Source: Eledone cirrhosa (Eukaryota). Taken from it: 64,000 nucleotides of DNA. The notes beneath the pieces were generated by a model. It was not told the origin of the DNA and made no database searches. It worked only from the letters and a program-made list of their open reading frames with translations. Positions 14,420 through 27,200 of the stretch are shown here, in pieces. Numbering within the stretch: position 1 is the stretch's first letter; each line of letters opens with the position of its first letter. The position numbers were made by a program, and so were the translations under genes. The stretch spans positions 126,914,001 through 126,978,000 of the forward strand of contig OZ024740.1 of the NCBI GenBank assembly GCA_964016885.1, given 5' to 3'.

Positions 14420-16477
14420 CGAACTACATCAAGGCTATGCTACCCCACATCACCAACAAGAGCGAAATTGCACAGCAAATACATGATGGGAGAGAGAAAA
14501 TCCTCAACGCTCACATGATGATATGGACCGACATCCTAAGCCAAGCAGAAGCACTGCCAACAACTTCAAGGCGTCTAACAATGGCATACCGCACTTGTAT
14601 GGGCTCCGCAAAGACCACAAGACAGTCGACGACCCGACAACCGGACCACCAACAAGACCCGTATGCGGAGCAAATATAGCTAGCAACTACAGGATCACCT
14701 ACTTCCTCTCAATGGTTATACGCCCCATAATCAAGATGTCCCCAGATGTATGTGACAGTACAGAGGACCTCCTCAACAGAATCAGTGTGTGCAACAAAAA
14801 CAGGAACCTATCCAACTGCATAATAGGCAGCATGGATGTGGTATCACTGTAGCAATCCATTAACATTGATTTTGCTGTGGAAAAATGTGTGGAGATGATC
14901 ATTGAGAGTGAGGTGCGACGTCGACACAGACGAACTGGCCCTCCTACTTAGACTTGCCTACGGCACTGACTACCATGACCTTAGACGTTTCTGCCCCAGT
15001 AGACCCATAAGAGGTAGACCCCCCCCCCCCCCCCCCATAACGTCAATGGCTAAAAAGTATCCCATGGCAAGGTGGATTTGGTGGACCAAAGCTATACTGA
15101 CCCCCCAAAACAATGATCAGGTAAGAAAAATGGTCGCACATGCAATAGGGGCTAGTATCAAGACTACCCTAAAGGGCCACATATTCAAGTTCAACGAGAA
15201 GATCTACACCCAAAATGAGGGAGCAGCCATTGGCGTCAGCATAGCAGGTGGCGTTGCCAACCTTTTTATGGTATGGTGGGAAAGGAGACTTAAATATCTC
15301 CTTAATGAGAGCTCCATATACCTCATCATGTACTCTCGTCAGGTAGACGATATCAATATAGTTATAAGGACATCCCCACAAGAGAGCACTAACAAGTTGG
15401 ATTTAGAACGTAGCACAATGGAAAGCATCCAGAAAATAGCTAATTCCATACACCGACTACCCTTCCAAACACCCTAACAATAGACTACCTGTATTAGACA
15501 CAGAACTCGGGATTAACACTATAGACGAGAGAGCCCAAATTCTCCACTCAGACTATGATAAACCCATGGCCTTCAAATACCTGATACTCAAAAACTCAGC
15601 AATGTCCAGTAGTGCTAAGTTTAATATTTTGATCGCAGACTTGGTACGAGTGATGAAGAACGTGTCCCGAATGTACGACCCAACAGAAATGGAAAGACAC
15701 ATCCAACCCTTCATCAACCGCATGCAGTTCTCTGGCTACAACCAAAGAGACAGAGTCAGAGTATACGAAGGAGCCACGGAGAAGTATAAGACCCTCATGG
15801 AAATGGACATGAAAGGAATTTCCCCATTATACAGGAGCAAATCATGGAATAGATTAGATAGGGCTAGACATAAGATAGGGAAAACCACCTCATGGTACGA
15901 CAACCAAAGATACCAGAGTGTAAAGTTTGTGGACGCTACCCCTGGAGGGAAATTAGCTAACCAGTGTAGAAAGGCCCTGAGAAAGACCCACTTAAAAATA
16001 AAGGTGGTAGAAAAGCCAGGAACCACCATAAAATCCCTGATCAGCAAAACCTACCCTTTTAAGAAAACCCACTGTACCAATAGGAAATGTATCATATGTA
16101 AGGTGAACCCCCGGATAAACTGTAAAACTAGAAACGTAGTCTATAGTATAAGACTTACAGAGGCTACTTGCAGAAACATGACAACAACATACATAGGCGA
16201 GACAGCTCGTAGCATAGGTGAAAGGATAGACCAACACTGGGGGGAACTAAAAGGACGAAAAAACGGTTCAGTACTATACGAACATGCTAGACAACAACAC
16301 GACGGTAACATAGACAACATAGAAATTAGAATAATATCTAAACATAGAAATGACCCAGCAGATAGGCAAATTAGAGAGGCCAATGAAATAGAACTTAGAA
16401 GGCCAAGGCTAAACAGAAAGACTGAATGGAATAACAACAACACCCAAACAAACAACACTGACCTACGAGAAGTATAA
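14420..16477 (+). pseudogene. Disrupted PLE RT-GIY-YIG ORF (5'-truncated)
   Basis: ORF pieces 14523..14852, 14902..15477 and 15566..16477 broken by stops and frameshifts. Confidence 0.9.
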
Positions 16478-16733
16478 ATAAATAAATAGATAAATAAATA
16501 CATAAATACATATACAAGCACAATAACAACAAACACATATAAACACATACTAATAAAGATAGAATACATTAACCAATACACAGTCACCCAATCACGAACA
16601 CATATCAAACAAAACACTATACACACACGCAAACGCATGCGCAAAGAAGACATAATAAAATAAACAAATAAATAAATATATAAACAGACTAAATAAAGAT
16701 GGCGTAGAAAATACAATGCAACGGTAGGAAACA

Positions 16734-16787
16734 ATAGGACCACTGACGATGTTGCAGATGTGCAACGAAAGAACTTTGATAAACTAT
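16734..16787 (+). ncRNA. Minimal hammerhead-like motif in pLTR
   Basis: acca-CTGACGA-tgttgca gatg tgcaac-GAAA-gaac-TT-tgat. Stem II is clear, stem I is weak. The inverted copy near 13975-14020 has CAGACGA. Confidence 0.5.
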
Positions 16788-17014
16788 ATATATGTGTTTG
16801 TGTCTATATTGTATCTGTATTATTTTTGACCGTTGGTCAGTCAATGGCAACATTGAGGACCGAATAAATTAGATTACCGATATAAAAGACACAAGCGAAA
16901 AGCGAAAACTGTTATTAATTCTGGCAATATTACACAAATATGACCATCTCCAAGTATAACAATATTTGTTTCGACACACGATTTCATATCAAAAACGTCG
17001 CAAAACTATATATT

Positions 17015-17106
<92 letters not shown>

Positions 17107-17109
<3 letters not shown>

Positions 17110-17820
17110 GGAAAAAATGAAACGAAATTTCATTTCTCACGATTAGTATGGCTGTGACTTAAATATAACTATGTATACGTACATACATATATGTATACAG
17201 ACGTACAGTAGTATGTATATTTATATACATACATGCACACATATATATATATGTACGTATGGATTCACCGAACATATATTATAATGCTCGGTGTGTTTGT
17301 AAACAAACATCCCTAATTAAGCCGTACAGTGTGTAGCAACCATCGTTGCTCATTTGTTCAACACTGTCAAAGGAACGCTGTACTAGTTTCAAGCTTATTA
17401 GCTATCGTCAGCAACGTATACCTTCCTGCCAGATGGTTGAACGTCTGAAAGTATATACTTTCCTTATGCATATTAACGACTGAGCAGCCTAATTTGTATA
17501 TCGAGTGAGTTAATCGGCCGGGGTACCGAAAACGATAAATAGAAAAAATGAAACCAAATTTTATTTCTCACTCTTAGTACGGCGGTTACTTAAATATAAG
17601 TATGTATACGTACATACATATATGTATACAGACGTACATATATGTATATAAACACTGTACGGCTTAATTCGGGATGCTTGTTTACAAACACACCGAACAT
17701 TATAATAAATGTTCGGTGAATCCATACGTACATATATATATGTGTGCATGTATGTATATATATATACATACTACTGTACGTCTGCATACATATATGTATG
17801 TACGTTTACATACTTATATA
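17107..17820. mobile_element. Non-coding HHR element: ~430-bp unit, partial tandem repeat and inverted arm, TA-flanked
   Basis: 17107-17205 repeats at 17540-17640. 17650-17818 is the reverse complement of 17165-17332. Confidence 0.8.
17375..17417 (-). ncRNA. Minimal type I hammerhead ribozyme
   Basis: Minus strand: acgttg-CTGACGA-tagct aata agctt-GAAA-ctag-TA-cagcgt. Confidence 0.8.
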
Positions 17821-17867
17821 TATATATAGGAGGCGGTTATAGTTCACGTGAAGCATTGTGTAATGAG

Positions 17868-18907
<1,040 letters not shown>

Positions 18908-18918
18908 ATATATATATT

Positions 18919-18949
<31 letters not shown>

Positions 18950-19258
18950 ATATATATATAAATATATATATACTTATTTATATATATATACACGTATATA
19001 TATATACACATATATACATACATATACAAGTACATATATACATATATACATATAAACATACATATACATAGATATACATATGTATTTTGATAATTTGGCT
19101 GGTGGTAACTGTACTTAAAATCGATTGTCAAAGCAGCACTGCAGATAGAAATGTTTAGACACACTCGACCAATGAAACATTTGATAATACTTGCAATAAT
19201 CCCTACAGTATAGATGATCCATGTTATTCTTCACTCCTTATTATTCATACACACATAA

Positions 19259-19299
<41 letters not shown>

Positions 19300-19468
19300 T
19301 ATATATATATATATATATAGTAAGAAACACAGTAAACCGTGTGTCTAAAATTACAAGGGTTGAAAAACCACATATGCTTGAAATATTTAACCAAGAAGCA
19401 GACAGAATGACAAAATGAAAATAAAAATATATTATCATAATAATACAAACCGCCTCAATAACCATTAT

Positions 19469-19550
19469 ATCTCTCGGACAGATTATCCCTAATCTGTTTC
19501 CCCTTGAGTGTGTTTGTAACAGATAATCCTGGGCTTCATCAGCGAGAGAT
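19469..19550 (-). ncRNA. Type I hammerhead ribozyme (stem II slightly mutated)
   Basis: Reverse complement of 20238-20319 with aggg in place of gggc before GAAA. Confidence 0.75.
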
Positions 19551-19938
19551 TGCGATTAAATGTCACAAACACTATTTGCCAACGTTCACACAGAAAGATG
19601 AATTTATCACCTCGTGCTCCGCCAGTCAAACGCGGTAAGCGCGTATTGAACAGAAATAACAATCCAACACGCACAACTTAATAGCTCAACTTGTAAGGGA
19701 GCAGATATATATATATGAATTAGAACCCTGTAACCATTAAGCTCTAAGTATAAAGTACAAATAAATACTGAGCCGATTAACAATATATAGTAAGAAACAC
19801 AGTAAACCGTGTGTCTAAAATTACAAGGGTTGAAAAACCACATATGCTTAAAATATTTAACCAAGAAACAGACAGAATGACAAAATGAAAATAAAAATAT
19901 ATTATCATAATAATACAAACCGCCTCAATAACCATTAT

Positions 19939-20020
19939 ATCTCTCGGACAGATTATCCCTAATCTGTTTCGCCCTGAGTGTGTTTGTAACAGATAATCCT
20001 GGGCTTCATCAGCGAGAGAT
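19939..20020 (-). ncRNA. Type I hammerhead ribozyme
   Basis: Reverse complement of 20238-20319. Confidence 0.88.
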
Positions 20021-20237
20021 TGCGATTAAATGTCAAACGTGGTAAGCGCGTATTGAACAGGGTTCTAATTCATATATATATATATGGTCCCTTACAAGTT
20101 GAGCTATTAAGTTGTGCGTGTTGGACTGTTATTTCTGTTCAATACGCGCTTACCACGTTTGACTGACGGAGCACGAGGTGATAAATTCATCTTTCTGTGT
20201 GAACGTTGGCAAATAGTGTTTGTGACATTTAATCGCA

Positions 20238-20319
20238 ATCTCTCGCTGATGAAGCCCAGGATTATCTGTTACAAACACACTCAGGGCGAAACAGATTAGG
20301 GATAATCTGTCCGAGAGAT
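20238..20319 (+). ncRNA. Full-size type I hammerhead ribozyme
   Basis: atctctcg-CTGATGA-a-gccc..gggc-GAAA-cagatta ggga taatctg-TC-cgagagat: 8-bp stem I, long stem III, GUC site. Confidence 0.9.
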
Positions 20320-20538
20320 ATAATGGTTATTGAGGCGGTTTGTATTATTATGATAATATATTTTTATTTTCATTTTGTCATTCTGTCTGTTTCTTGGTTA
20401 AATATTTCAAGGATATGTGGTTTTTCAACCCTTGTAATTTTAGACACACGGTTTACTGTGTTTCTTACTATATATTGTTAATTGGCTCAGTATTTATTTG
20501 TACTTTATACTTAGAGCTTAATGGTTACAGGGTTCTAA

Positions 20539-20576
<38 letters not shown>

Positions 20577-20580
<4 letters not shown>

Positions 20581-20670
20581 AACGAGTAGGACCCCGACGG
20601 CTGAGCTCAAGCCGTTTCGACGTCTAATTCTGCACTAAAATAGTGATGCGTTATGGTCCACCTGGTTCCT
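20577..20670. repeat. Fragment of the 22095-22555 family
   Basis: taggaacgagtaggaccccgacggctgagctcaagccgtttcgacg is shared with 22095. Confidence 0.8.
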
Positions 20671-20686
20671 TACCACATTTCCTTAG

Positions 20687-20739
<53 letters not shown>

Positions 20740-20742
<3 letters not shown>

Positions 20743-21225
20743 ACAATGATATTAAATAAATGGAAACTATATTTATAAAACCATATTTATTTTATTATAT
20801 ATATTTCAAGGGTACCAAGACAACATTGGTACGCTTTCATCAGATAAAATACAAAGTCTGTTCTATAAATAGAGACATACCCATGAAAATCATATTTATC
20901 GGTTGGAAATTCACTGGATAGTGGAAATATATTAGGGATTTTTCTGAACTTATGTTTGAATATGCAAATGATTATGTAAATAATTGAAAAAAAACCCTTT
21001 TAAACCCTAACGAAAATAACGAAAATAGCAGTAATATCACTAGCAATATCCAACATACTGTTGGATATTGCTAGTGATATTACTGCTATTTTGGTTATGT
21101 TGGTTAGGGTTTAAATTTCTATTATTAATTATATTTATATTTTGTGCTATATTCATAGAAGTAGAGTAGGATAGTTTTATAGTATGTCTGTTAAATATTG
21201 AGTGGTATTTGTGGGCTTTAGGAAA
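20740..21225 (-). mobile_element. Internally deleted miniature of the PLE family at 1-4305, TA-flanked
   Basis: 21100-21225 encodes FPKAHKYHSIFNRHTIKLSYS. Hairpin at 20998-21115. 20760-20990 is the reverse complement of 3980-4210. Confidence 0.85.
20790..20849 (-). ncRNA. Minimal type I hammerhead ribozyme
   Basis: Minus strand: ttttat-CTGATGA-aagcgtacca..tggtaccctt-GAAA-tatata-TA-ataaaa. Confidence 0.78.
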
Positions 21226-21255
21226 TATATATATATATACATATATATATACATT

Positions 21256-22048
21256 AGCCAAAATCAAATAAAAAAGAACATTTTCGCTTTACATGGCTGA
21301 ATACAATAAATGTAATCTATGTTTATCGAATAATAATAATAACATTCGATTCGTTTGCAATTTTGCAAACAAGCCCAAATGTTATAGCCATGTGAGTAGA
21401 ATGAAAACTTTATTATTGCTCTTGCGTTGGCATGTGAACGGAACTGCAGACACTATTATTTGTTGATATCACCCTTCATCAGTAAGCTCACTGCTCACCT
21501 GCCAAACTGTCAGAGCTAGTGAATACATATGCTATTTTTAAAAAATACACAGTTAATGTTTGGTCTGATTTGCGTATTAGCAGACTGGCTTATCAATCAG
21601 ATGTGCATATTAGCAGATGCACTGAGCAGCCAGATTTGCATATCAGCAGACTGGCCAGTCAGCTTCCTGTATACGAGCGATGAATGGCCGCCTTTGCCAA
21701 AATCAAATAAAAATGAAAATGTTCGCTCTACATGGCTGAATACAATGAATGTAATCTGAGTTCTTCGAATATTAATAATAACATTCGATTCGTTTGCTAT
21801 TTTGCAAACATGCCTCAATTTTATAGCCATGTCAGTAGAATGAACCCTTCATTCTTGCTCTTATGTTGGCATGTGAACAGGACTGCAGAAACAAATGTTT
21901 CTGGGTATCACTCTACATCACATGCCGACACATCAGCAAGAATGAAGGATTCATTCTACTGACATTGCTATAAAATTGAGGCTTGTTTGCAATATTGCAA
22001 ACGAATTGAATGGTATTATTTATAATCGAAAAACTCAGATTACATTTA
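21256..22048. repeat. ~438-bp unit with partial tandem repeat and inverted arm, TA-flanked
   Basis: gccaaaatcaaataaaaa at ~21258 and ~21696. 21920-22048 inverts 21748-21875. Internal ~33-bp subrepeats (tgcatattagcaga) at 21570-21660. Confidence 0.8.
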
Positions 22049-22088
<40 letters not shown>

Positions 22089-22094
22089 TATATA

Positions 22095-22311
22095 TAGGAA
22101 CGAGTAGGACCCCGACTGCTGAGCTCAAGCCGTTTCGACGGCTAATTCTGAACTCATTCACAATTAGCCGTCGAAACGGCTTGAGACCAGCCGTTGGGGT
22201 CCTACTCATTCCTATTACCCACTCTACTACCCTAAGTATTGAGTACTTTGGTGCGTTATGGTCCATCTGGTTCCTTACCACATTTCCTTCGTTATATATA
22301 TATATATATAT

Positions 22312-22391
<80 letters not shown>

Positions 22392-22550
22392 CGAAGGACG
22401 TGTGGTACGGAACCAGATGGACCATAATGCACCAGAGTACTCAATACTTATTTTAGTAGAGTGGGTAATAGGAAAATGTTAGACCCCGACGGTAGATCTC
22501 AAGACGTTTACGTCGAAACGGCTTGAGCTCTGCCGTCGGGGTCTAACATG

Positions 22551-22555
<5 letters not shown>
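22095..22555. repeat. Nested foldbacks carrying the 3' half of a hammerhead
   Basis: gtc-GAAA-cggcttgagctc(a)gccg-TC-ggggtc. Palindromes at 22095-22215 and 22477-22549. 22190-22295 inverts to 22388-22490 across a TA tract. Confidence 0.8.
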
Positions 22556-22601
<46 letters not shown>

Positions 22602-22838
22602 TAAATTGAGTTAGAAACTCAAAACAGGGCGCGTCCTATGAACCTGAGCAACAAAATTTATTTCAGACATAGTTTCCATCTTAAACGCTATTATTTCTAA
22701 TGTTTTATATGAATTAATTCATTTGTCAGTATACCTCTTTTGCCTATGTAAGGAAAAGAAATCAGGAAAGAAGATTGAGAATCTAATAAAATGTAAATAT
22801 AGTATATATAAAGCAGTTCTCCAATCGAAGGTTAATCC

Positions 22839-22911
<73 letters not shown>

Positions 22912-23667
22912 TGCGTAACTTCAATAAAATAACACGACAGAGCACCACAGTACTATCTTCTCATATATTATTTTAACGCGAGATATATTAGTATAATTCC
23001 AATGTTTCAGACGGTTGTCCTTCATCGGCTCATCGAATAAGTGATTTAAGATGAAATGAAAAGATATGGGAGAGTAAGAATAGACATAAAGAAAAAAAAA
23101 TGTTACAGGAGGAAAACAGTAGTCAGACATTAAACTGTAAACATATATGAAATTAGACGAGTGAGTTGGAGCTCTGTGATGAGAGTTGATATCTCCTAAA
23201 CGCGGTCTATGAAAGTATTACGTACATGAAGATTACGGAAATACTATATTACTTAGATGCAATCAATTACTTGTGAAGGTATTGAAAGGGACCTTTAGAA
23301 TATACTCAATAGATTCTGAATAATAAACTTATTTCGTTCGAATACATATAATTTTTCTCTTGATGGGTTGGTAACTCTTCATAAGTACATTTATGATCAT
23401 GAAAATTCCAAGCAAATGTTAGTATTGAACTATCATCATTTTTTCTAAATGAATTGCTGACTGACATCTAAATTCATACAAATGTTATGAAGTGAGATTT
23501 GTAAAAACATTACATATAAATACATCTTATTACAGGATGGCGTACTTCGTCAACTATTTATGGCAACAGTCTATTAAAATAATAACGATTACTGGTATAC
23601 TCAATGTATATATATATATACATATATATACTCATATATATGTTTGTGTGTGTGTACGTGTGTATGT

Positions 23668-23776
<109 letters not shown>

Positions 23777-23944
23777 GTCAGAGTATAATGTGAGAGAAAG
23801 AAAAAATCATACAGAAATTATGTTTAATAATACATAAACCCATATATAGATATACATACATGCACACACACACACACACTCACATACACACACACAGACA
23901 TATATATGTAGATATATATACATATGTAATATATATATATATCA

Positions 23945-24444
23945 CGATAAATTAACGTTGCCATAGACTCTCGCTATTCCCTGTCAGTAATGAGCTCAAA
24001 GGAGCAGGAATCCGGAGCTCTTTATAATACAATATTTTGAAAAGGTAACACACAAGAGAGAGAGAGAGATAGTGCACCATCAATCAAACAGGGAAAAACC
24101 ACCAGCGTATGGAATCTATAACCCATGGAATGCAGAGTAGACACACGATAATTAAAAGTATAAATTAAAGTGTAAATACATACCTCGATAACTATCTAAC
24201 ACACGCGTACAAATCCAAAGAGATCTGTTTCGCCAATAGGTTGTTTACAGAAATGAATAGCCCATGGTTCATCAGCGTGTGTAAGGCTATACATTTCAGA
24301 CAACTCTATGGCGCACTATCTCTCTCTCTCTCTAGTATGTTACCTTTTCAACATATTGTATTATAAAGAGCTCGGGATTCCTTCTCCTTTGAGCACATTA
24401 CTTACATGGAATAGCGAGAGTCTATGGCTCCGTTAATTTATCGT
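23945..24444. mobile_element. Non-coding element with ~135-bp inverted arms enclosing an HHR
   Basis: 23945-24080 is the reverse complement of 24309-24444. TA-rich tract on the left. Confidence 0.85.
24199..24282 (-). ncRNA. Type I hammerhead ribozyme
   Basis: Minus strand: acacacg-CTGATGA-acca..tggc-GAAA-cagatc tctttg gatttg-TA-cgcgtgtgt. Confidence 0.75.
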
Positions 24445-24699
24445 AATATTTTGCTCCTTATAACAGTCTTACCTCTCTCTGGTTGAGCACACTGCTCTGA
24501 GTGGTTTGGGTTGCCCTTTCTAGCAGCTCGTCCCTCAGAGGACACTGGTTACTGCACTAGGCACGCTGTGACATCTCTCTCTCACGTGTGGCTGGACGGT
24601 CGCTTTAGATTCTCTTAGAGTTGTCTGAAATGTATAGCCATATATATATATATATATATATATTCATACATACTTACATACATACTTAAATACATACAT

Positions 24700-24812
<113 letters not shown>

Positions 24813-26399
24813 CATATTGGGTGTGATGTGTATGTATTCGTGTCTATGTGCTTTTTTGAAATATTAGAATATATTATTTAAATGTTGGTGTATTATATTA
24901 TACAAAGGTTTGTGCAGATGAAGCAGGAAATAATATATCATTGAGTAACTTCAAAATTCGATACACATTTTCATATGTTATCACATTATTTAAAAGAAAA
25001 AATAATTCATAAAAATACAACTCAACAGAAGAATATTCTATCTAAAATATATTTGAAAGGAAATTATATAAAAAAAAAGATTAATCAAAGAAATTTGAGA
25101 AACATTAATAGATTAATGAAAACAAAATATAATTTTGAATCTTTTAAATTTAATATCATGGAAATTGAAATAAATTATTATATAAGACATATGTTCGAAA
25201 GTTCATTTAATTCCTCATATGATTAAATAATGTAAGTTGCTTTTTCATCGTTTGATCTTTGATCTGATTTGTGTTGATTATATACATTTACTCCGACTTG
25301 AAATAATATGTTTCAAACTATTTCTATGATTAATATTTATATTTCAAAGTTTATTTGTATTTACGCAGTATTTTACTTCCCGTAACCAATTTCAATATCT
25401 TTCAAAATATCCAACATTTTAACTGCTGCCATTTTGAAACAACTGGTGATACATCACCATGAACTATGACAAACGCAACGAGATTGGTGGGGCCCCTAAA
25501 GATAATATTTTAGAAGTATGAATCACTTCATCACATTTTTTATCAGTCGTTAAACCCTGGCATCTAGAAATGTTGAAGATAAAGAAGCAATAACTGTAAC
25601 ATCAAGATTTTTGATAATACTGCGGAGAAATCTCTATAAACGATGCATATAATTGTTAAGTAGATTAATATAAACAGTATTTTATTGAATTATTTCTCAT
25701 TAATATAAAGGGTGATGTGATATATATTAGAAAACGTTAGATATTTGCCTGGAATTGAGTGAGTTTTCGTTGCATATCAATTCACTGGTCCAGGTTTGTT
25801 TTTCTCTCTGCTTTGCAACAAAGGCATTTGCATGGCTAAAACCAGCATCAGCCATGATGAATGATGGTTTGCAAGTAAAACATTGCTTAATCGATTTACT
25901 AACCAAAGCGGATTTGTAGAATTATGTAGGTTACGCTAATAGACACCAAAGCTTTTAATGATGACCAGTATTTTATCATAAAGACCCCCACCATACTAAT
26001 AACTTTACTTTGGTAGTTAGATGCAATATCTCTATTCTCTACCTCCAAATCAAATACAATAACAATCACTTAGGTTTGTACATTTCTTCGGTTAATTGAA
26101 ACGTATATTAGTGATTCCATTTAATGATTTAATGATTCAGGGAATTTTATGTATATCACACAATTTGGAATGTTTTATGTTTTTCCATCTTTCAATTACC
26201 GTAACTTATATGTTGATTTAAATAAATATTTCATAAATTGAACGAATATGTTCAGGCTTGAATAAAAAAAAAAACGATTTTAATGACGTAAAAGTTGTTT
26301 TTTTTTATTTCCTAAACATTTGAATACATGTCTGAATCATACAAAACATATTTTCTATACGTTTTGAACTCGACACATACTGATGGATCTTTATTGGCA

Positions 26400-27200
26400 A
26401 GAAACAGCACACAGCTGGAATATATACATCCACAATTCATTACAAGCTATTGCATTTTAACGAGCACGTCCGCTCGATATGCACATTTACATGTTTAGAG
26501 ATTTCATTGTATGTTTTTGCATAACATTTTCTGATAGCCGACCAGTTCTACAATGCACGCACTTTAGAATATGATGAATCTTTCTTCGTAGCAATTTTAG
26601 CCTATTCGGTTGTCTTATCTTGCTGTTTGTGAAGGTCAATTCGTTTGCCTTCACTCTTCCTTCAATAAAATATCTTAAAATGTAGTCAATATTTCTCTCT
26701 CGCCACCTTAAAAATAACAATATCTCTATTGTTCTATACCAGGGTACAATTATGTCTAAATGGGGTTTTGCATTCGCATGATTCATCTTACCAATATTGA
26801 AAGTGCTTACACGCATGGCAGGCACATCATTATCTAAATTTCAAATACTTTTGTTAATACTATTTATGCTTCTTAACACCGGTTGTTGCTGGTAGGGTTA
26901 TACAAAATGTTGCTCATTTTAAATAGTAAATACACAGTTTTCAGTTCACTAACATATATTCTACCGCGAGTATGCAGACTGCGTTTGTGCTGTTTTTCAC
27001 TAGACTCTGGTTTTTAAATTAGGATGTATCTCAGAAAATTGTCTTTTATTGTAAAACATAATATATTTTAAAGAATTGAAAATCTTGGCTAAAAACGTTC
27101 GATGAAACACCGCTTAGCCACTCCCTTTTTCCCGAGCCCCTAGTATAAGTCCATAAAGGTTTAAGAATCAGTATTGATTGTTTCGAGGAACCGCACTCTG
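26400..27200 (-). pseudogene. Possible piggyBac (PGBD4-like) transposase fossil
   Basis: Collinear weak motifs across frames: WTYT..GK, KDNFL, NSTNAVCIL, DNDVPAMRVST (cf. DKRDVLMLST), KP...WYR, then Cys-rich RKCYAK...C..C. Confidence 0.3.

Larger units (their letters stand above)
13775..16958 (+). mobile_element. Penelope-like element (Neptune-like Cys linker) with inverted 3' copy at its 5' side
   Basis: RT: LYGLRKDHK, RPVCGA, GSMDVVSL*, YTQNEGAAIGVSIAGGVANLFM, YSRQVDDI. Linker HCTNRKCIIC-INCKTRNVVY. GIY-YIG YIGETARSIGERIDQH...REANEI...LN. 13775-14384 is the reverse complement of 16373-16958. Confidence 0.93.
19319..20545. mobile_element. Retrozyme-like element: 470-bp tandem unit (about 1.5 copies, minus) plus one inverted copy
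   Basis: taagaaacacagtaaaccg at 19321 and 19791 (period 470). 20060-20545 is an inverted monomer. Three HHRs, no credible ORF, TA tracts on both flanks. Confidence 0.85.

Noticed and set aside
14014-14679. Hydrophobic 200-aa ORFs (also 16141..16743)
   Set aside because: Antisense readings of the AC-rich pLTR and GIY-YIG end.
19241-20579. Repeated short ORFs (MRVGLLFLF..., MYYYDNIF...) suggesting a gene family
   Set aside because: They recur only because the 470-bp non-coding unit is repeated. Non-ATG starts and no domain recognised.
25380-25930. Possible host exons on the minus strand
   Set aside because: Short open stretches without a consistent frame, splice pairing or recognisable protein.
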